DNA of 64,000 nt, taken from an uncultured Eubacteriales bacterium (GTDB lineage Bacteria > Bacillota > Clostridia > Oscillospirales > CAG-272). The DNA lies in contig CAOKER010000013.1 of the NCBI GenBank assembly GCA_948467545.1, forward strand, positions 3,694 to 67,693, given 5' to 3'. The notes beneath the pieces are model-generated. The model had not been told where the DNA came from. It searched no databases and saw nothing but the letters and a program-made list of their open reading frames with translations. Below are positions 54,115 through 64,000 of the stretch, one piece after another. Each line of letters starts with the position of its first letter. Positions within the stretch are counted from its first letter, which is position 1. The position numbers were made by a program, and so were the translations under genes.

Positions 54115-54903
54115 ATGAGTGATTTTTTAAAAACGGTGATTGGAATTCTTTTGCCTTTCGCGGGTACGACACTTGGTTCCGCAATGGTTTTTTTTATGAA
54201 AGGAGATATGAAACCGAGGCTGCAGAAAATGCTGCTCGGATTTGCTTCGGGTGTAATGATAGCGGCGTCTGTGTGGTCTTTGCTTATTCCCGCAATCGAA
54301 ATGAGTTCTGAACATAAAGGACCGAAGTGGATTCCTGCGGCGGTCGGTTTTCTTCTCGGAATTGTATTTTTGCTTTTTCTTGACTCGGTTATACCCCATC
54401 TGCATATGAATTCAAATTGCCCCGAAGGAAAGAAATGCGGCTTGGGAAAGTCAACAATGCTTGTACTTGCGGTGTCTCTTCATAATTTGCCGGAGGGAAT
54501 GGCAGTAGGGGTTGTTCTTGCCGGAATGCTTGAGGGCAGTTCTGTTATTACTGCTGCAGGGGCGCTTACACTTGCGGCGGGTATAGCAATTCAGAATTTT
54601 CCGGAGGGCGCGATTATTTCAATGCCTCTTATAGGCTCCGGAATGTCTAAAGGCCGTGCGTTTTTCTACGGATTTCTGTCCGGTGTTGTAGAGCCGGCGG
54701 GGGCAGTTATTACGATACTTTTGACGTCATTGGTAACTCCGGTGCTTCCTTATGTACTTTCTTTTGCCGCGGGCACCATGATATATGTTGTAGTCGAGGA
54801 ACTGATTCCGGAGGCTCAGACCGGTGCACACAGCAACATCGGAACTGTCGGAACTGCTGTAGGCTTTGTGCTTATGATGGTACTTGACATTGCCTTTGCG
54901 TAA
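54115..54903 (+). CDS. ZIP family metal transporter (ZupT-like)
   Basis: HNLPEGMAVG and QNFPEGAIIS motifs, 8 TM helices. Promoter at 53988-54016. Confidence 0.85.
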   Translation: MSDFLKTVIGILLPFAGTTLGSAMVFFMKGDMKPRLQKMLLGFASGVMIAASVWSLLIPAIEMSSEHKGPKWIPAAVGFLLGIVFLLFLDSVIPHLHMNSNCPEGKKCGLGKSTMLVLAVSLHNLPEGMAVGVVLAGMLEGSSVITAAGALTLAAGIAIQNFPEGAIISMPLIGSGMSKGRAFFYGFLSGVVEPAGAVITILLTSLVTPVLPYVLSFAAGTMIYVVVEELIPEAQTGAHSNIGTVGTAVGFVLMMVLDIAFA

Positions 54904-55218
54904 TATGCCGGCAGATTAAGCTGATAGGATAGAGGAACTGCGGCTTAATAGGAGATAGTTAATCAATTCTATCAGGTTAGTATGGGACAGAGCTGTATGT
55001 TTATAGGCGTTTGAAAGATATCAGCGACTAAAGTCGATTGCGTCGTTTTATTTTTTAGTTTCCGGCAGACCGCTGAAATGCTTATGTCGGGCTTTAAGAC
55101 TTGATTGTTAAATAAATCCGCTGTTCTATGCTGTTCTGTAAAGATTTTTTGCTGATCAAGAGTGAAAGTATTTATCTGCCCGTGCATAAATATAAATGAA
55201 CCGTTTTTTTCTATTTAG

Positions 55219-55262
55219 ACGGTAACATTAAAACGGTAACATTAAATCAGAAAATCAGAAAA
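55219..55262. repeat. two adjacent tandem duplications (14 nt x2, 8 nt x2)
   Basis: ACGGTAACATTAAA ACGGTAACATTAAA TCAGAAAA TCAGAAAA. Confidence 0.9.
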
Positions 55263-55300
55263 ATATTTTAATGCCGCTCAGCGGCGGAATGGAGAGAGTT

Positions 55301-55918
55301 ATGAAAGTTTTGCTTGTTAACGGAAGTCCTCATCCGGCAGGAAGTACATTTACCGCGCTTAATGAAATGACAAAGATTTTTACCGAAAACGGAATCGAAT
55401 CCGAAACCATACATGTCGGTAAAATGGACATTCGCGGGTGTATTGCCTGCGGCAGCTGCAGAAAGAACGGCAAATGTATTTTTGACGACGCCGTAAATAA
55501 TACGGCTGAGATTTTTAAAGAGTGCGACGGTATTGTAGTAGGAAGTCCTGTTTATTACGCATCTGCAAATGCTACGCTTTCCGCGTTTCTCGACAGACTT
55601 TTTTACAGTACTCCTTTTGACAAAACGATGAAGGTCGGCGCGGCTGTAGTTTCCGCACGTCGGGGAGGGCTTTCGGCTACATTTGACCAGCTTAACAAGT
55701 ATTTTGCAATATCAGGTATGCCTATCGCCTCAAGCTATTATTGGAACAGTATCCACGGAAATAATGCTGATGAGGCTGTACAGGATAAAGAGGGGCTGTG
55801 TGTAATGCGCTCTCTTGCGGCGAATATGATTTTTCTTATGAAAAGTATATCTCTCGGCAAGGAAAAATACGGATTGCCTGAGAGAATTCCCGCTGAAAAA
55901 ACTAATTTTATACGCTGA
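55301..55918 (+). CDS. flavodoxin-like fold FMN reductase / iron-sulfur flavoprotein family
   Basis: MKVLLVNGSPHPAGST, Cys cluster CIACGSCRKNGKC, GSPVYYASANA. GGAGAG RBS. Confidence 0.75.
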   Translation: MKVLLVNGSPHPAGSTFTALNEMTKIFTENGIESETIHVGKMDIRGCIACGSCRKNGKCIFDDAVNNTAEIFKECDGIVVGSPVYYASANATLSAFLDRLFYSTPFDKTMKVGAAVVSARRGGLSATFDQLNKYFAISGMPIASSYYWNSIHGNNADEAVQDKEGLCVMRSLAANMIFLMKSISLGKEKYGLPERIPAEKTNFIR

Positions 55919-56083
55919 ATACGATAATGAATTTTTAATTGAAGCCGATGCCGAATGCGGAATGAAAAGTATTTGGCATTGGCTTTTTATAATGACGAAA
56001 AACAGTTATTATTAAGGCTGTCATTAAATAGATGATATTCGGTACTTTTCTTATGTGTAATCAGTCATAAAAAAACAATTCTA

Positions 56084-56112
56084 TTGACATTCGGATAAAA
56101 GTGTAGTAAAAT
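56084..56112 (+). promoter_or_regulatory. promoter TTGACA-17-TAAAAT upstream of the transketolase genes
   Basis: Hexamers at 56084-56089 and 56107-56112. Confidence 0.5.
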
Positions 56113-56196
56113 AATATATAATATGGGTATTATGCGGTTACTGCGATTAGAGGGCTGTAATACACATAAGAGATTTTAAGGAGGACTTTTACAACA

Positions 56197-57033
56197 ATGG
56201 AACAGGCAAGAATCAAAGAATTAAAAAAGATTTCCGCCGACATAAAATTGGGCGCGCTTGAAGCGGTTTACAGCGCAAATTCCGGACATCCCGGCGGTTC
56301 GTTGTCTATATCTGATATACTCGCATATCTTTATTTTGAAGAGATGAATATAGATCCGAGCAATCCTAAAAAGGCGGATCGTGACCGTTTTGTATTGTCA
56401 AAGGGACATACCGCTCCCGCACTGTATGCGGCTCTTGCGGAGAGAGGATTTTTTCCGCGTGAGGATTTAAAAACTTTCAGACAGGTTGACAGCTATCTTC
56501 AGGGACATCCCGATATGAAAGGCGTTCCGGGCGTCGATATGACGACAGGTTCTTTGGGACTTGGCTTTTCGGCAGCATGCGGAATGGCGCTTTCGGCTAA
56601 AGTTTTCGGAGACAAATACCGTGTTTGGGCGGTACTTGGCGACGGTGAGGCGGAAGAAGGACAGGTATGGGAAGCGGCAATGTTCGCGGCTCATAAGAAG
56701 CTTGACAATCTTTGTATATTCCTCGATTATAACGGTCTTCAGATAGACGGTCCTATTGACGAGGTTAACGGTCCGGCTCCCTTTGATACAAAATTTGAAT
56801 CTTTTGGATGGAATGTATGCGTGATAGACGGACATGATTTTGAACAGATTGATTCGGCGGTAAATACGGCAAAGAATTGTAAAGGAAAGCCTACGGCAAT
56901 TATCTGTAATACTGTTAAAGGCAGAGGCGTTTCATTTATGGAGAATAGCGTAGGATGGCACGGAAAAGCTCCGAATGCAGAGCAATATGAGCAGGCTGTT
57001 GCAGAGATCAAAGCGTCTGCAGCTGCTCTTTGA
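56197..57033 (+). CDS. transketolase, N-terminal (TPP-binding) subunit
   Basis: SGHPGGSLS, GSLGLG, LGDGEAEEGQVWEA motifs. Split-gene arrangement. Promoter at 56084-56112. Confidence 0.9.
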   Translation: MEQARIKELKKISADIKLGALEAVYSANSGHPGGSLSISDILAYLYFEEMNIDPSNPKKADRDRFVLSKGHTAPALYAALAERGFFPREDLKTFRQVDSYLQGHPDMKGVPGVDMTTGSLGLGFSAACGMALSAKVFGDKYRVWAVLGDGEAEEGQVWEAAMFAAHKKLDNLCIFLDYNGLQIDGPIDEVNGPAPFDTKFESFGWNVCVIDGHDFEQIDSAVNTAKNCKGKPTAIICNTVKGRGVSFMENSVGWHGKAPNAEQYEQAVAEIKASAAAL

Positions 57034-57074
57034 GCAAGTTCGTAACTATAATTAATTGAGAAAGGAATATAAAA

Positions 57075-58028
57075 ATGGCAGCAATTGGTGAGAAAATAGC
57101 TACTCGTGAAGCATACGGAAGCGCGCTTGCCGAGTTTGGAGCAAAATATAAAGATGTAATCGTACTGGATGCGGATCTTGCAGAGGCAACGAAAACAGGA
57201 AAATTCAAAAAGGAATTTCCGGATCGTTTTTTTGACTGCGGAATTGCGGAGGGAAATATGGTTGCGGTTGCCGCCGGTATTGCGACAACAGGTAAAATTC
57301 CGTTTTGCAGTTCTTTCGCAATGTTTACGGCAGGACGTGCGTTCGAGCAGATCCGAAATGCAGTCGTATATCCGCACCTTAATGTTAAGATTGGTGCAAC
57401 GCATGCGGGGATAACTGTAGGAGAAGACGGTGCGACGCATCAATGTCTTGAAGATATCGGAACAATGCGTACTATTCCCGGCATGACGATTATAAACCCG
57501 GCGGACGCTGTAGAAGCACGCGCGGCTGTAGAGGCTGCAATTAATTTCAAGGGTCCGGTTTATCTCCGTTTCGGCCGTTTGGCTGTTCCTGTAATATATG
57601 ACGAAAACACATATAAAATGGAGATTGGAAAGGGCATAAAGATGGCAGACGGAAAAGACGTGACAATCATTGCCACGGGCATTACCGTTGCCATGGCTTT
57701 GGAGGCACGCACACTGCTCGCTGCCGAAGGCATTGATGCGGCTGTTGTAAATATCCATACAATCAAACCTCTTGACTGCGAGCTTGTGGTTTCCGAAGCG
57801 GGCAGAACAGGAGCGATTGTGACAGCAGAGGAGCATAATATAATCGGAGGTCTCGGAGAGGCTGTATCCGCCGTAACTTCTGAGTCTAATCCCGTTCCGG
57901 TGCTTCGCGTAGGAATTGAGGATGCGTTTGGCCGTTCCGGAAAGGTTCCTGCGCTTCTTGAAAAGTATGGTTTAACGTCTGCTGCGATTGCGGAAAAAGC
58001 TCGCGCTGCGATTGCCCTTAAAAAATAA
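57075..58028 (+). CDS. transketolase, C-terminal (pyrimidine-binding) subunit
   Basis: FFDCGIAEGNMV, GATHQCLEDI motifs. 317 aa. Confidence 0.9.
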   Translation: MAAIGEKIATREAYGSALAEFGAKYKDVIVLDADLAEATKTGKFKKEFPDRFFDCGIAEGNMVAVAAGIATTGKIPFCSSFAMFTAGRAFEQIRNAVVYPHLNVKIGATHAGITVGEDGATHQCLEDIGTMRTIPGMTIINPADAVEARAAVEAAINFKGPVYLRFGRLAVPVIYDENTYKMEIGKGIKMADGKDVTIIATGITVAMALEARTLLAAEGIDAAVVNIHTIKPLDCELVVSEAGRTGAIVTAEEHNIIGGLGEAVSAVTSESNPVPVLRVGIEDAFGRSGKVPALLEKYGLTSAAIAEKARAAIALKK

Positions 58029-58403
58029 ATATCGGAATGAGAATTTTCCCGGCTGGTGACGGCGTGACTAATGCCTGAACGCGCCGGGATTTTCATATGC
58101 GGCCCAAAGCGGGTTCTCTCGTCCGAATTATGGATTTTATGGATATTTTTTTGTATAACCAATCACTTATAGCGGTATAGGAATCTTCTATAATTTGATG
58201 TTTGCCGACAAGCGCCTGTGCTCGGACGGGACAAGATGTTGAAACGGCAAATGGTCGGTTGGCGGGGCTAATCTGTACAGTCGGCGGCTGCGCTTCGCGT
58301 CGGTGATGCTGTAACCGACTGCAGAAATGCCCGCAATGGACTTACAAATCTTGTTAAGTGGGATTCTTTATTTTATTCATGTTAGGAAGGCATAGAAATT
58401 TTT

Positions 58404-59171
58404 ATGATATTTTCAGGACTTCAAAAGCTTTCTCTGCTCGATTTTCCCGGAAAAATGTGTGCTACGGTATTTACGGGAGGGTGCAATTTCAGATGCCCTT
58501 TTTGTCATAATTCTTCGCTTGTTAATATAAAGGACAACAAAGCAAGTATTCATATTGATGAAGAGGAAATTTTGTCGTTTTTAAAGAAACGCGCGGGGAT
58601 TCTCGAGGGTGTATGCATTACAGGCGGCGAGCCGACTCTTTTCGGAGATTCCGTTTTATTATTTATGCATCGTGTTAAGGATTTAGGCTTGCTTGTCAAG
58701 CTCGATACTAACGGCAGCAATCCTGATTTTATTAAAAAGGCTGTCGGTGGACAAGCCGTTGATTATATTGCGATGGATATAAAAAGCTCGGTCGAAAATT
58801 ACAGTCTTGTTACGGGAACCGAAGATATAGATTTGGAATCTGTTATGGAGAGTGCGAATTATCTAATGGAAGGACATGTGGATTTTGAATTTCGTACAAC
58901 CATAGTTAAGCCGCTGCATAAGGTGTCGGATTTTGAATCAATCGGTATGATGCTTGCCGGAGATGAAAAATTTTTTATTCAGTGTTACAAGGATTCTGGC
59001 GATATACTTTTTGAAAATGACAGCAGGGTACGTAATAAGCTGATTGAGAGCGTGAGCTTAGAAAGCTGTGATTCTGATATGGTTTTAACTTCATACAGCG
59101 AAGATGAAATGAAGTCATTTCTTGAAATTTTAAAGAAATATATTCCTCGCGCGGAGATACGGGGAATATAG
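58404..59171 (+). CDS. nrdG: anaerobic ribonucleoside-triphosphate reductase activating protein (radical SAM)
   Basis: LSLLDFPGKMCATVFTGGCNFRCPFCHN (CxxxCxxC), ITGGEPTL. Confidence 0.8.
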   Translation: MIFSGLQKLSLLDFPGKMCATVFTGGCNFRCPFCHNSSLVNIKDNKASIHIDEEEILSFLKKRAGILEGVCITGGEPTLFGDSVLLFMHRVKDLGLLVKLDTNGSNPDFIKKAVGGQAVDYIAMDIKSSVENYSLVTGTEDIDLESVMESANYLMEGHVDFEFRTTIVKPLHKVSDFESIGMMLAGDEKFFIQCYKDSGDILFENDSRVRNKLIESVSLESCDSDMVLTSYSEDEMKSFLEILKKYIPRAEIRGI

Positions 59172-59377
59172 CGTAAAAAGTGCGAAAAACCGCAGAATGC
59201 AGAATAATTTGTTTAAGTATAATCCTTGCCTTTCGTTACAGATGTAAGAAAAGTAAAGATAGTTAAAGATGTATAACCGCAGTTCGCAAATTAAGTTTTT
59301 CTTTGTAAAATAACAGAAATTAAGAATACATTTTTGCGCTTTGGAAACCTTATAATGCCGCAGCAACAGAGCGTTGC

Positions 59378-59406
59378 TTGCTGTTAGCAAATAGCAGCGG
59401 TATAAT
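59378..59406 (+). promoter_or_regulatory. promoter TTGCTG-17-TATAAT
   Basis: Hexamers at 59378-59383 and 59401-59406, upstream of the XRE/zinc-ribbon gene. Confidence 0.45.
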
Positions 59407-59532
59407 ATATGTGTAAAGTGATGATGGCGTAAAAAGCAGTGCATATCTTGCTTTGAAGCCTGATTAATATTTATGAATGTAATTGATGACGATGACGTCA
59501 TAACGGTCGTCGGGGAGGGTATAGGTATTTAT

Positions 59533-59988
59533 ATGGAAACCAAGGATGTTATATTTCAGCTTAGAACTCAAAACGGATTATCTCAGGAAGAACTTGCAAA
59601 TAAGATTTATGTTACGAGACAGGCTGTTTCGCGCTGGGAAACCGGAGAAACCGTACCGAACACAGAAACATTGAAGCTGCTGTCAAAGCTGTTTGATGTT
59701 TCAATCAATACTCTTTTAGGTTCTCCGCAGAAATTGATTTGTCAATGCTGCGGCATGCCGCTTGACGATACATCTATAAGCAGGGAATCGGACGGCTCGT
59801 TTAATGAAGAATACTGCAAATGGTGTTATAATGACGGCAGATATGTATATTCAAGTATTGAGGACTTAACGGATTTTCTCGTGGGACATATGTCTAATGA
59901 AAATTGGCCGGAGGAACAGGCACGGGCATTTTTTGAGGATCAGCTGCCGAAACTTAATTATTGGAGGCAGAATAAAAGTCAAGACTGA
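59533..59988 (+). CDS. XRE-family HTH protein with C-terminal zinc-ribbon domain
   Basis: LRTQNGLSQEELANKIYVTRQAVSRWETGE, then CQCCGMPL...CKWCY. Promoter at 59378-59406. The track ORF starts at 59473. Confidence 0.7.
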   Translation: METKDVIFQLRTQNGLSQEELANKIYVTRQAVSRWETGETVPNTETLKLLSKLFDVSINTLLGSPQKLICQCCGMPLDDTSISRESDGSFNEEYCKWCYNDGRYVYSSIEDLTDFLVGHMSNENWPEEQARAFFEDQLPKLNYWRQNKSQD

Positions 59989-60143
59989 TATTTATTTTCT
60001 TTGACTGCGGCAATTACACTTATGTTTTGACTGCGGCAGTATGAACGTATTAATATGATGAAAATAAATTTAAATCGGGTGAAAATTAGCAAACAAGGAC
60101 TGCGGCTAAATGTAATTGCCGCAGTCCCTGTTATGTTTAAGAC

Positions 60144-61382
60144 TTATTTTGTCATGTTATAAAATTTTTCAATTTCCGATTTATTGCCAAAGTCTTCATT
60201 TTTAAGATTGGAAACGATTTCGTCCCTCAGCTCCGGTGAATCAAGAAGCTTTTTGAGACCGTCGTATATACTCTCCGCGTTAATATCGCACAATATGCCG
60301 AATTTACCGCCGGCAAGCTGTTCTGAAGCGGAAACGTATTTGGTTGCGAGTATAGGCTTACACATCATCTTGGCTTCTTCAACTGTGATCGGTTTTCCTT
60401 CATACCTTGAAGTCAGTGCAAAAATATCGCAGTTCTTAATATACGGATACGGATTATCTGTTGTTCCGAGAAGTACAATTTTGTCCGCAATTCCGTTTTC
60501 CTCCGCGCGCTTTTTAAGCGCCTCAATATCGCTGTTATCTCCGCCGCCGAGAAAATACCAGCGGACATTATATCCGTCGTTTACAAGACGTTTCAGCGCA
60601 TCTGCCGCAATATCCTGTCCCTTTTGATCGCATATGCGTGCGACGGTAAGAATTCGAATTCCCTTGTAACCGTCATCGAACGTGCTTCCGTGGTTTGACA
60701 TCTCATTTATGGTAACGGGATCGTTGATATTTTCAATTACCGTACAGCGGTCGGAAATCTGAGGAAGCTTATTTTTCAGCGCGTCGTTTACACGTGAAGA
60801 TACCGTTACGATATTATCGCATCTCTTAAAGTAGCTCAGATACAGTTCGTCGTCACGCGGAGGATTATCGTAGTCAAAATGAAGCCATGCTATTTTTTTC
60901 TTTGCATTTACTTTGTCGCACATGTAGAACATGGTTCTGTCGCCCCAATAAGCGGCCGCAACATCGTATTCCTCTTTCAGCTCCGGCATTTTGCTCATCA
61001 TTCGGCACCAAAGTCTCGTGGCAATTCCGGAGCGGTTGCTTCTGTTCATGACCATTTTAACCGCGTATGGTAAAATTTCAAATATAGTAAGCGGGGCATG
61101 CTTTATATTGCAGTTCCAGATTGTTTTTGCGGCGTTTGCACCTGAAAGAAGAAATAAATCCGCGTATCTCTGATCCATAGTTTTAATTTTAATCTGCTGC
61201 GGAATTTTATCAATCAGCTTTCCCTCTTTTTTTGCAAGAAGGAGTGTAACGTCATACTTTGAGTAATCAAGCGTATTTGCGAAAGCCAAAAAAGATTTTT
61301 CGGTTCCTGCACAGTTCATGATTATTCCGATTATCAGCAGTTTGATTTTTTTATCGCTGTTATTGATATTTATTTCAGTCAC
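60144..61382 (-). CDS. glycosyltransferase (GT-B, family 4-like)
   Basis: 412 aa. C-terminal EX7E-like YEGKPITVEEAKMMCKPILAT. Confidence 0.75.
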   Translation of the reverse strand: MTEININNSDKKIKLLIIGIIMNCAGTEKSFLAFANTLDYSKYDVTLLLAKKEGKLIDKIPQQIKIKTMDQRYADLFLLSGANAAKTIWNCNIKHAPLTIFEILPYAVKMVMNRSNRSGIATRLWCRMMSKMPELKEEYDVAAAYWGDRTMFYMCDKVNAKKKIAWLHFDYDNPPRDDELYLSYFKRCDNIVTVSSRVNDALKNKLPQISDRCTVIENINDPVTINEMSNHGSTFDDGYKGIRILTVARICDQKGQDIAADALKRLVNDGYNVRWYFLGGGDNSDIEALKKRAEENGIADKIVLLGTTDNPYPYIKNCDIFALTSRYEGKPITVEEAKMMCKPILATKYVSASEQLAGGKFGILCDINAESIYDGLKKLLDSPELRDEIVSNLKNEDFGNKSEIEKFYNMTK

Positions 61383-61599
61383 GATTAGTCTCCTTGACGG
61401 ACGGCAAGTTATATTTTGCTGTAAATAATTAGCCGAATATTATTGATAATATATCATAAACGGCATAAAAAGTCAAGGCATTATTGTATCTGATAATGAC
61501 TGCTTATGAAATCCGAAAAATTGGCAAACAAAGATAGATATGTTCAAAAAGATTTGGTAAAGTAAGTAATAACATAATATAAACAGAGGGGATTAATCG

Positions 61600-62142
61600 A
61601 TGTCTGTTGAAATGAAAGAAATGATAGCCGACGCCGCACGAACACTCATATTTGAAAAAAGGGTTAAGAGACTTACTGTTAAGGATATAGTAGAAGAGTG
61701 TAATATTACACGTCAGACTTTTTATTATCATTTTGAAGATATTCCCGGACTTTTTAAATGGATTTTGGAACAGGGCTCAAAGAAAATGATAGAAAAAGCG
61801 CGCTGTCAAAACGGAGCGGAAGGTGCTATTAGGTATTTTATGCTTGTCGCAATAAATGCCAGACCTTATATAGAGAAAAGTATACAGACAAATTACAGGG
61901 ACGAAGTGGAGAATTTGATAAGTGACAAGCTTTATCAGATTTTCGAACAGATTGCCGTCGAGGAAGAAATGTATCAAAATCTCAGTCTTCCCGAACTGAA
62001 ATTTGTATTGCGGTATCACAGTCAGGCCATTCTCGGCATTCTTCGGGGGTGGAATTATGAGGATACTAAAAATTTGGATCAGATTGTTCATAATATATAT
62101 TTGCTGATTACGGGAGGGATTTCTCCGTTTTCGGGGGAGTAG
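61600..62142 (+). CDS. TetR/AcrR family transcriptional regulator
   Basis: N-terminal HTH LTVKDIVEECNITRQTFYYHF. Confidence 0.8.
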   Translation: MSVEMKEMIADAARTLIFEKRVKRLTVKDIVEECNITRQTFYYHFEDIPGLFKWILEQGSKKMIEKARCQNGAEGAIRYFMLVAINARPYIEKSIQTNYRDEVENLISDKLYQIFEQIAVEEEMYQNLSLPELKFVLRYHSQAILGILRGWNYEDTKNLDQIVHNIYLLITGGISPFSGE

Positions 62143-62275
62143 TTTATTTCCGAAATAAAACGATGAATTTTTTACACTTTTAAGTTTTTGTCTATACATA
62201 TTCAAAATATTGACAGTTGCAAAAAAGACTTTAATAATGTAAAATAGTATAAAAAAAGTAAGGGAGTTATTCGGA

Positions 62276-62710
62276 ATGGCACATGAAATACTGTCTGTTA
62301 AGCTGTATGAGCTGGAAAAGAAAATCGAACAGCTGTGCGGGCGGATTCAAATTAGCGAATCGGCAAGTCATGATCGGATAAAAGCTGAGACGGAAGCCCT
62401 TAGGAGAGAATGTACCGAGAATGCATTGGTTCTGCGCAATCGTCTGATGTTTTCAAAAGCGGCTGCTGTTACTAAGCTGTCCGAAGCTTACGGTAAGGTT
62501 GAGCAAATTATAAGAAAGACAAAAGAGGAAATAGGAAATTCTTTGACCGAAGGGTGCAGCGGCAGTATATCGGTGGAGGAAAAAATTTTACTTGCGGAAT
62601 ATGCCTTGGATTTTGCGATGCAGATGTCTAATCATGCATTGCTGATTTCAATGGAAGCGATTGATGCGCAGATGACTCAGCAGGAAAATGACAGTTTAAA
62701 TAAAGAATAA
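62276..62710 (+). CDS. hypothetical helical protein
   Basis: 144-aa ORF with AAGGGAG upstream. No recognisable motif. Confidence 0.45.
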   Translation: MAHEILSVKLYELEKKIEQLCGRIQISESASHDRIKAETEALRRECTENALVLRNRLMFSKAAAVTKLSEAYGKVEQIIRKTKEEIGNSLTEGCSGSISVEEKILLAEYALDFAMQMSNHALLISMEAIDAQMTQQENDSLNKE

Positions 62711-62780
62711 GTATTACCTAATAAGTTTTGATTAATTTCATTTTTTGTAACGTCGTTATGGCGGCGGAATGGAGATTGAT

Positions 62781-64000
62781 ATGAAAGAAGTAAAGTCACC
62801 CAAGAAACCGTTGATCTATTATTACGGAATTGTTTTGCTGATTTTGGTGCTTTTCAATATGATTTTTACTCCTTTGTTGGCACAGCGGCAGGTTAAGGAA
62901 GTAGATTACGGCACTTTTATGAGTATGATTGACGAGGGAAATATCGGCGATGTTGAAATCAGCGATTCGCAGATACTTTTTTCCGACAAGGAAAATACGG
63001 CGGTTTATAAAACAGGTGTTATGAATGATCCCACTTTGACAGAGCGCCTGTACAATTCCGGGGCAAAATTTGCAAAGAATATTGAAAAGACAACCTCGCC
63101 TATTCTGAGTTTTCTTTTTACATTTGTTCTGCCGATGCTGATTTTTATAGGTCTTGGACAATATATGAACAGGAAGATGATGAACCAGCTTGGCGGAAAA
63201 AATTCAATGGCGTTCGGCATGGGAAAAAGCAATGCCAAAGTGTATGTTCAGTCTACGGAGGGAATTCATTTCAGCGATGTTGCGGGAGAGGATGAAGCGA
63301 AAGAAAATTTGAAGGAGATTGTCGATTATCTCCATAACCCGAAGAAATATACGGATGTAGGCGCGTCTATGCCGAAAGGACTTCTGCTTGTAGGCCCTCC
63401 GGGAACCGGTAAGACACTGCTTGCAAAGGCAGTTGCCGGCGAGGCAAACGTTCCCTTCTTTTCTATCTCCGGCTCGGAATTTGTTGAGATGTTCGTCGGA
63501 ATGGGTGCATCAAAGGTAAGGGATCTTTTCAGACAGGCTAAAGAAAAAGCGCCTTGTATCGTGTTTATCGATGAGATTGACGCAATAGGACAGAAGCGCA
63601 ATTCCGGAAGCTTTGGAGGCAACGATGAACGTGAACAGACGCTGAACCAGCTTCTTACCGAAATGGACGGCTTTGAGGGAAACAGCGGGGTAATAATCTT
63701 AGCTGCGACAAATCGTCCGGAATCCTTGGATCCGGCGCTGACGCGGCCGGGGCGTTTTGACAGGCGTATTCCGGTAGAACTGCCCGATTTACAGGGACGT
63801 GAAGAGATTCTGAGAGTACATGCCAAGAAAATCAAGCTTTCGGGAGACGCCGATTTTCATGCTGTTGCACGTATGGCGGCAGGAGCGTCCGGTGCCGAGC
63901 TTGCTAATATAATAAATGAAGCCGCTCTTCGTGCTGTGCGGAACAATCGGACTGTTGTCAGTCAGGCTGATTTGGAAGAGAGTATTGAAGTCGTTATAGC
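62781..64000 (+). CDS. ftsH: ATP-dependent zinc metalloprotease FtsH, 3' end outside window
   Basis: Not in the ORF track because there is no stop inside the window. ATG 62781 follows GGAG. Two TM helices, Walker [19 protein letters not shown], Walker [13 protein letters not shown] region [19 protein letters not shown]. Confidence 0.9.
   Translation, partial: MKEVKSPKKPLIYYYGIVLLILVLFNMIFTPLLAQRQVKEVDYGTFMSMIDEGNIGDVEISDSQILFSDKENTAVYKTGVMNDPTLTERLYNSGAKFAKNIEKTTSPILSFLFTFVLPMLIFIGLGQYMNRKMMNQLGGKNSMAFGMGKSNAKVYVQSTEGIHFSDVAGEDEAKENLKEIVDYLHNPKKYTDVGASMPKGLLLVGPPGTGKTLLAKAVAGEANVPFFSISGSEFVEMFVGMGASKVRDLFRQAKEKAPCIVFIDEIDAIGQKRNSGSFGGNDEREQTLNQLLTEMDGFEGNSGVIILAATNRPESLDPALTRPGRFDRRIPVELPDLQGREEILRVHAKKIKLSGDADFHAVARMAAGASGAELANIINEAALRAVRNNRTVVSQADLEESIEVVI

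Noticed and set aside
56739-57836. 365-codon minus-strand ORF, with similar long antisense ORFs at 14166-14972, 21889-22581 and 63326-63835.
   Set aside because: They lie entirely antisense to strongly supported genes (transketolase, ABC exporter, ftsE/ftsX, ftsH). They have Cys/Arg/Ser-rich composition and no RBS or motifs. They are shadow ORFs.

Overview
This is a 64-kb chromosomal segment from a low-GC Gram-positive anaerobe. It looks Clostridia-like: spoIID, GGAGG-type ribosome-binding sites, a split transketolase, a Na+-decarboxylase operon and an FtsEX plus M23-peptidase module. I call about 55 protein genes, most of them ordinary housekeeping: MATE, decarboxylase/transcarboxylase operon, two ABC exporters, holA, ftsEX, trkAH, cca, guaB, mntP, tkt, nrdG and ftsH. 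No rRNA, tRNA, CRISPR array, transposase or integrase was seen. Three things stand out. (1) 27.6-35.5 kb is a visibly AT-rich, gene-poor island. Only four XRE-type regulator genes, about 2.3 kb, are convincing coding sequence there. The rest holds four paralogous promoter-driven small-RNA-like loci, a ~480-bp tandem duplication with a convergent consensus promoter pair, other candidate structured RNAs, and many degenerate tandem-repeat arrays. One of those arrays may encode a Lys-rich decapeptide-repeat protein coupled to an XRE gene. (2) 50269-52848 (-) is a single ORF fusing a Tet(M)/EF-G-like ribosomal GTPase to a YacP/Rae1-type NYN ribonuclease domain. (3) Degenerate short tandem repeats recur in intergenic DNA and abut gene 3' ends across the window. 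All calls come from reading the ORF translations and the nucleotide text. No database search, folding or statistics were run, so RNA ends, start codons and family assignments are approximate.
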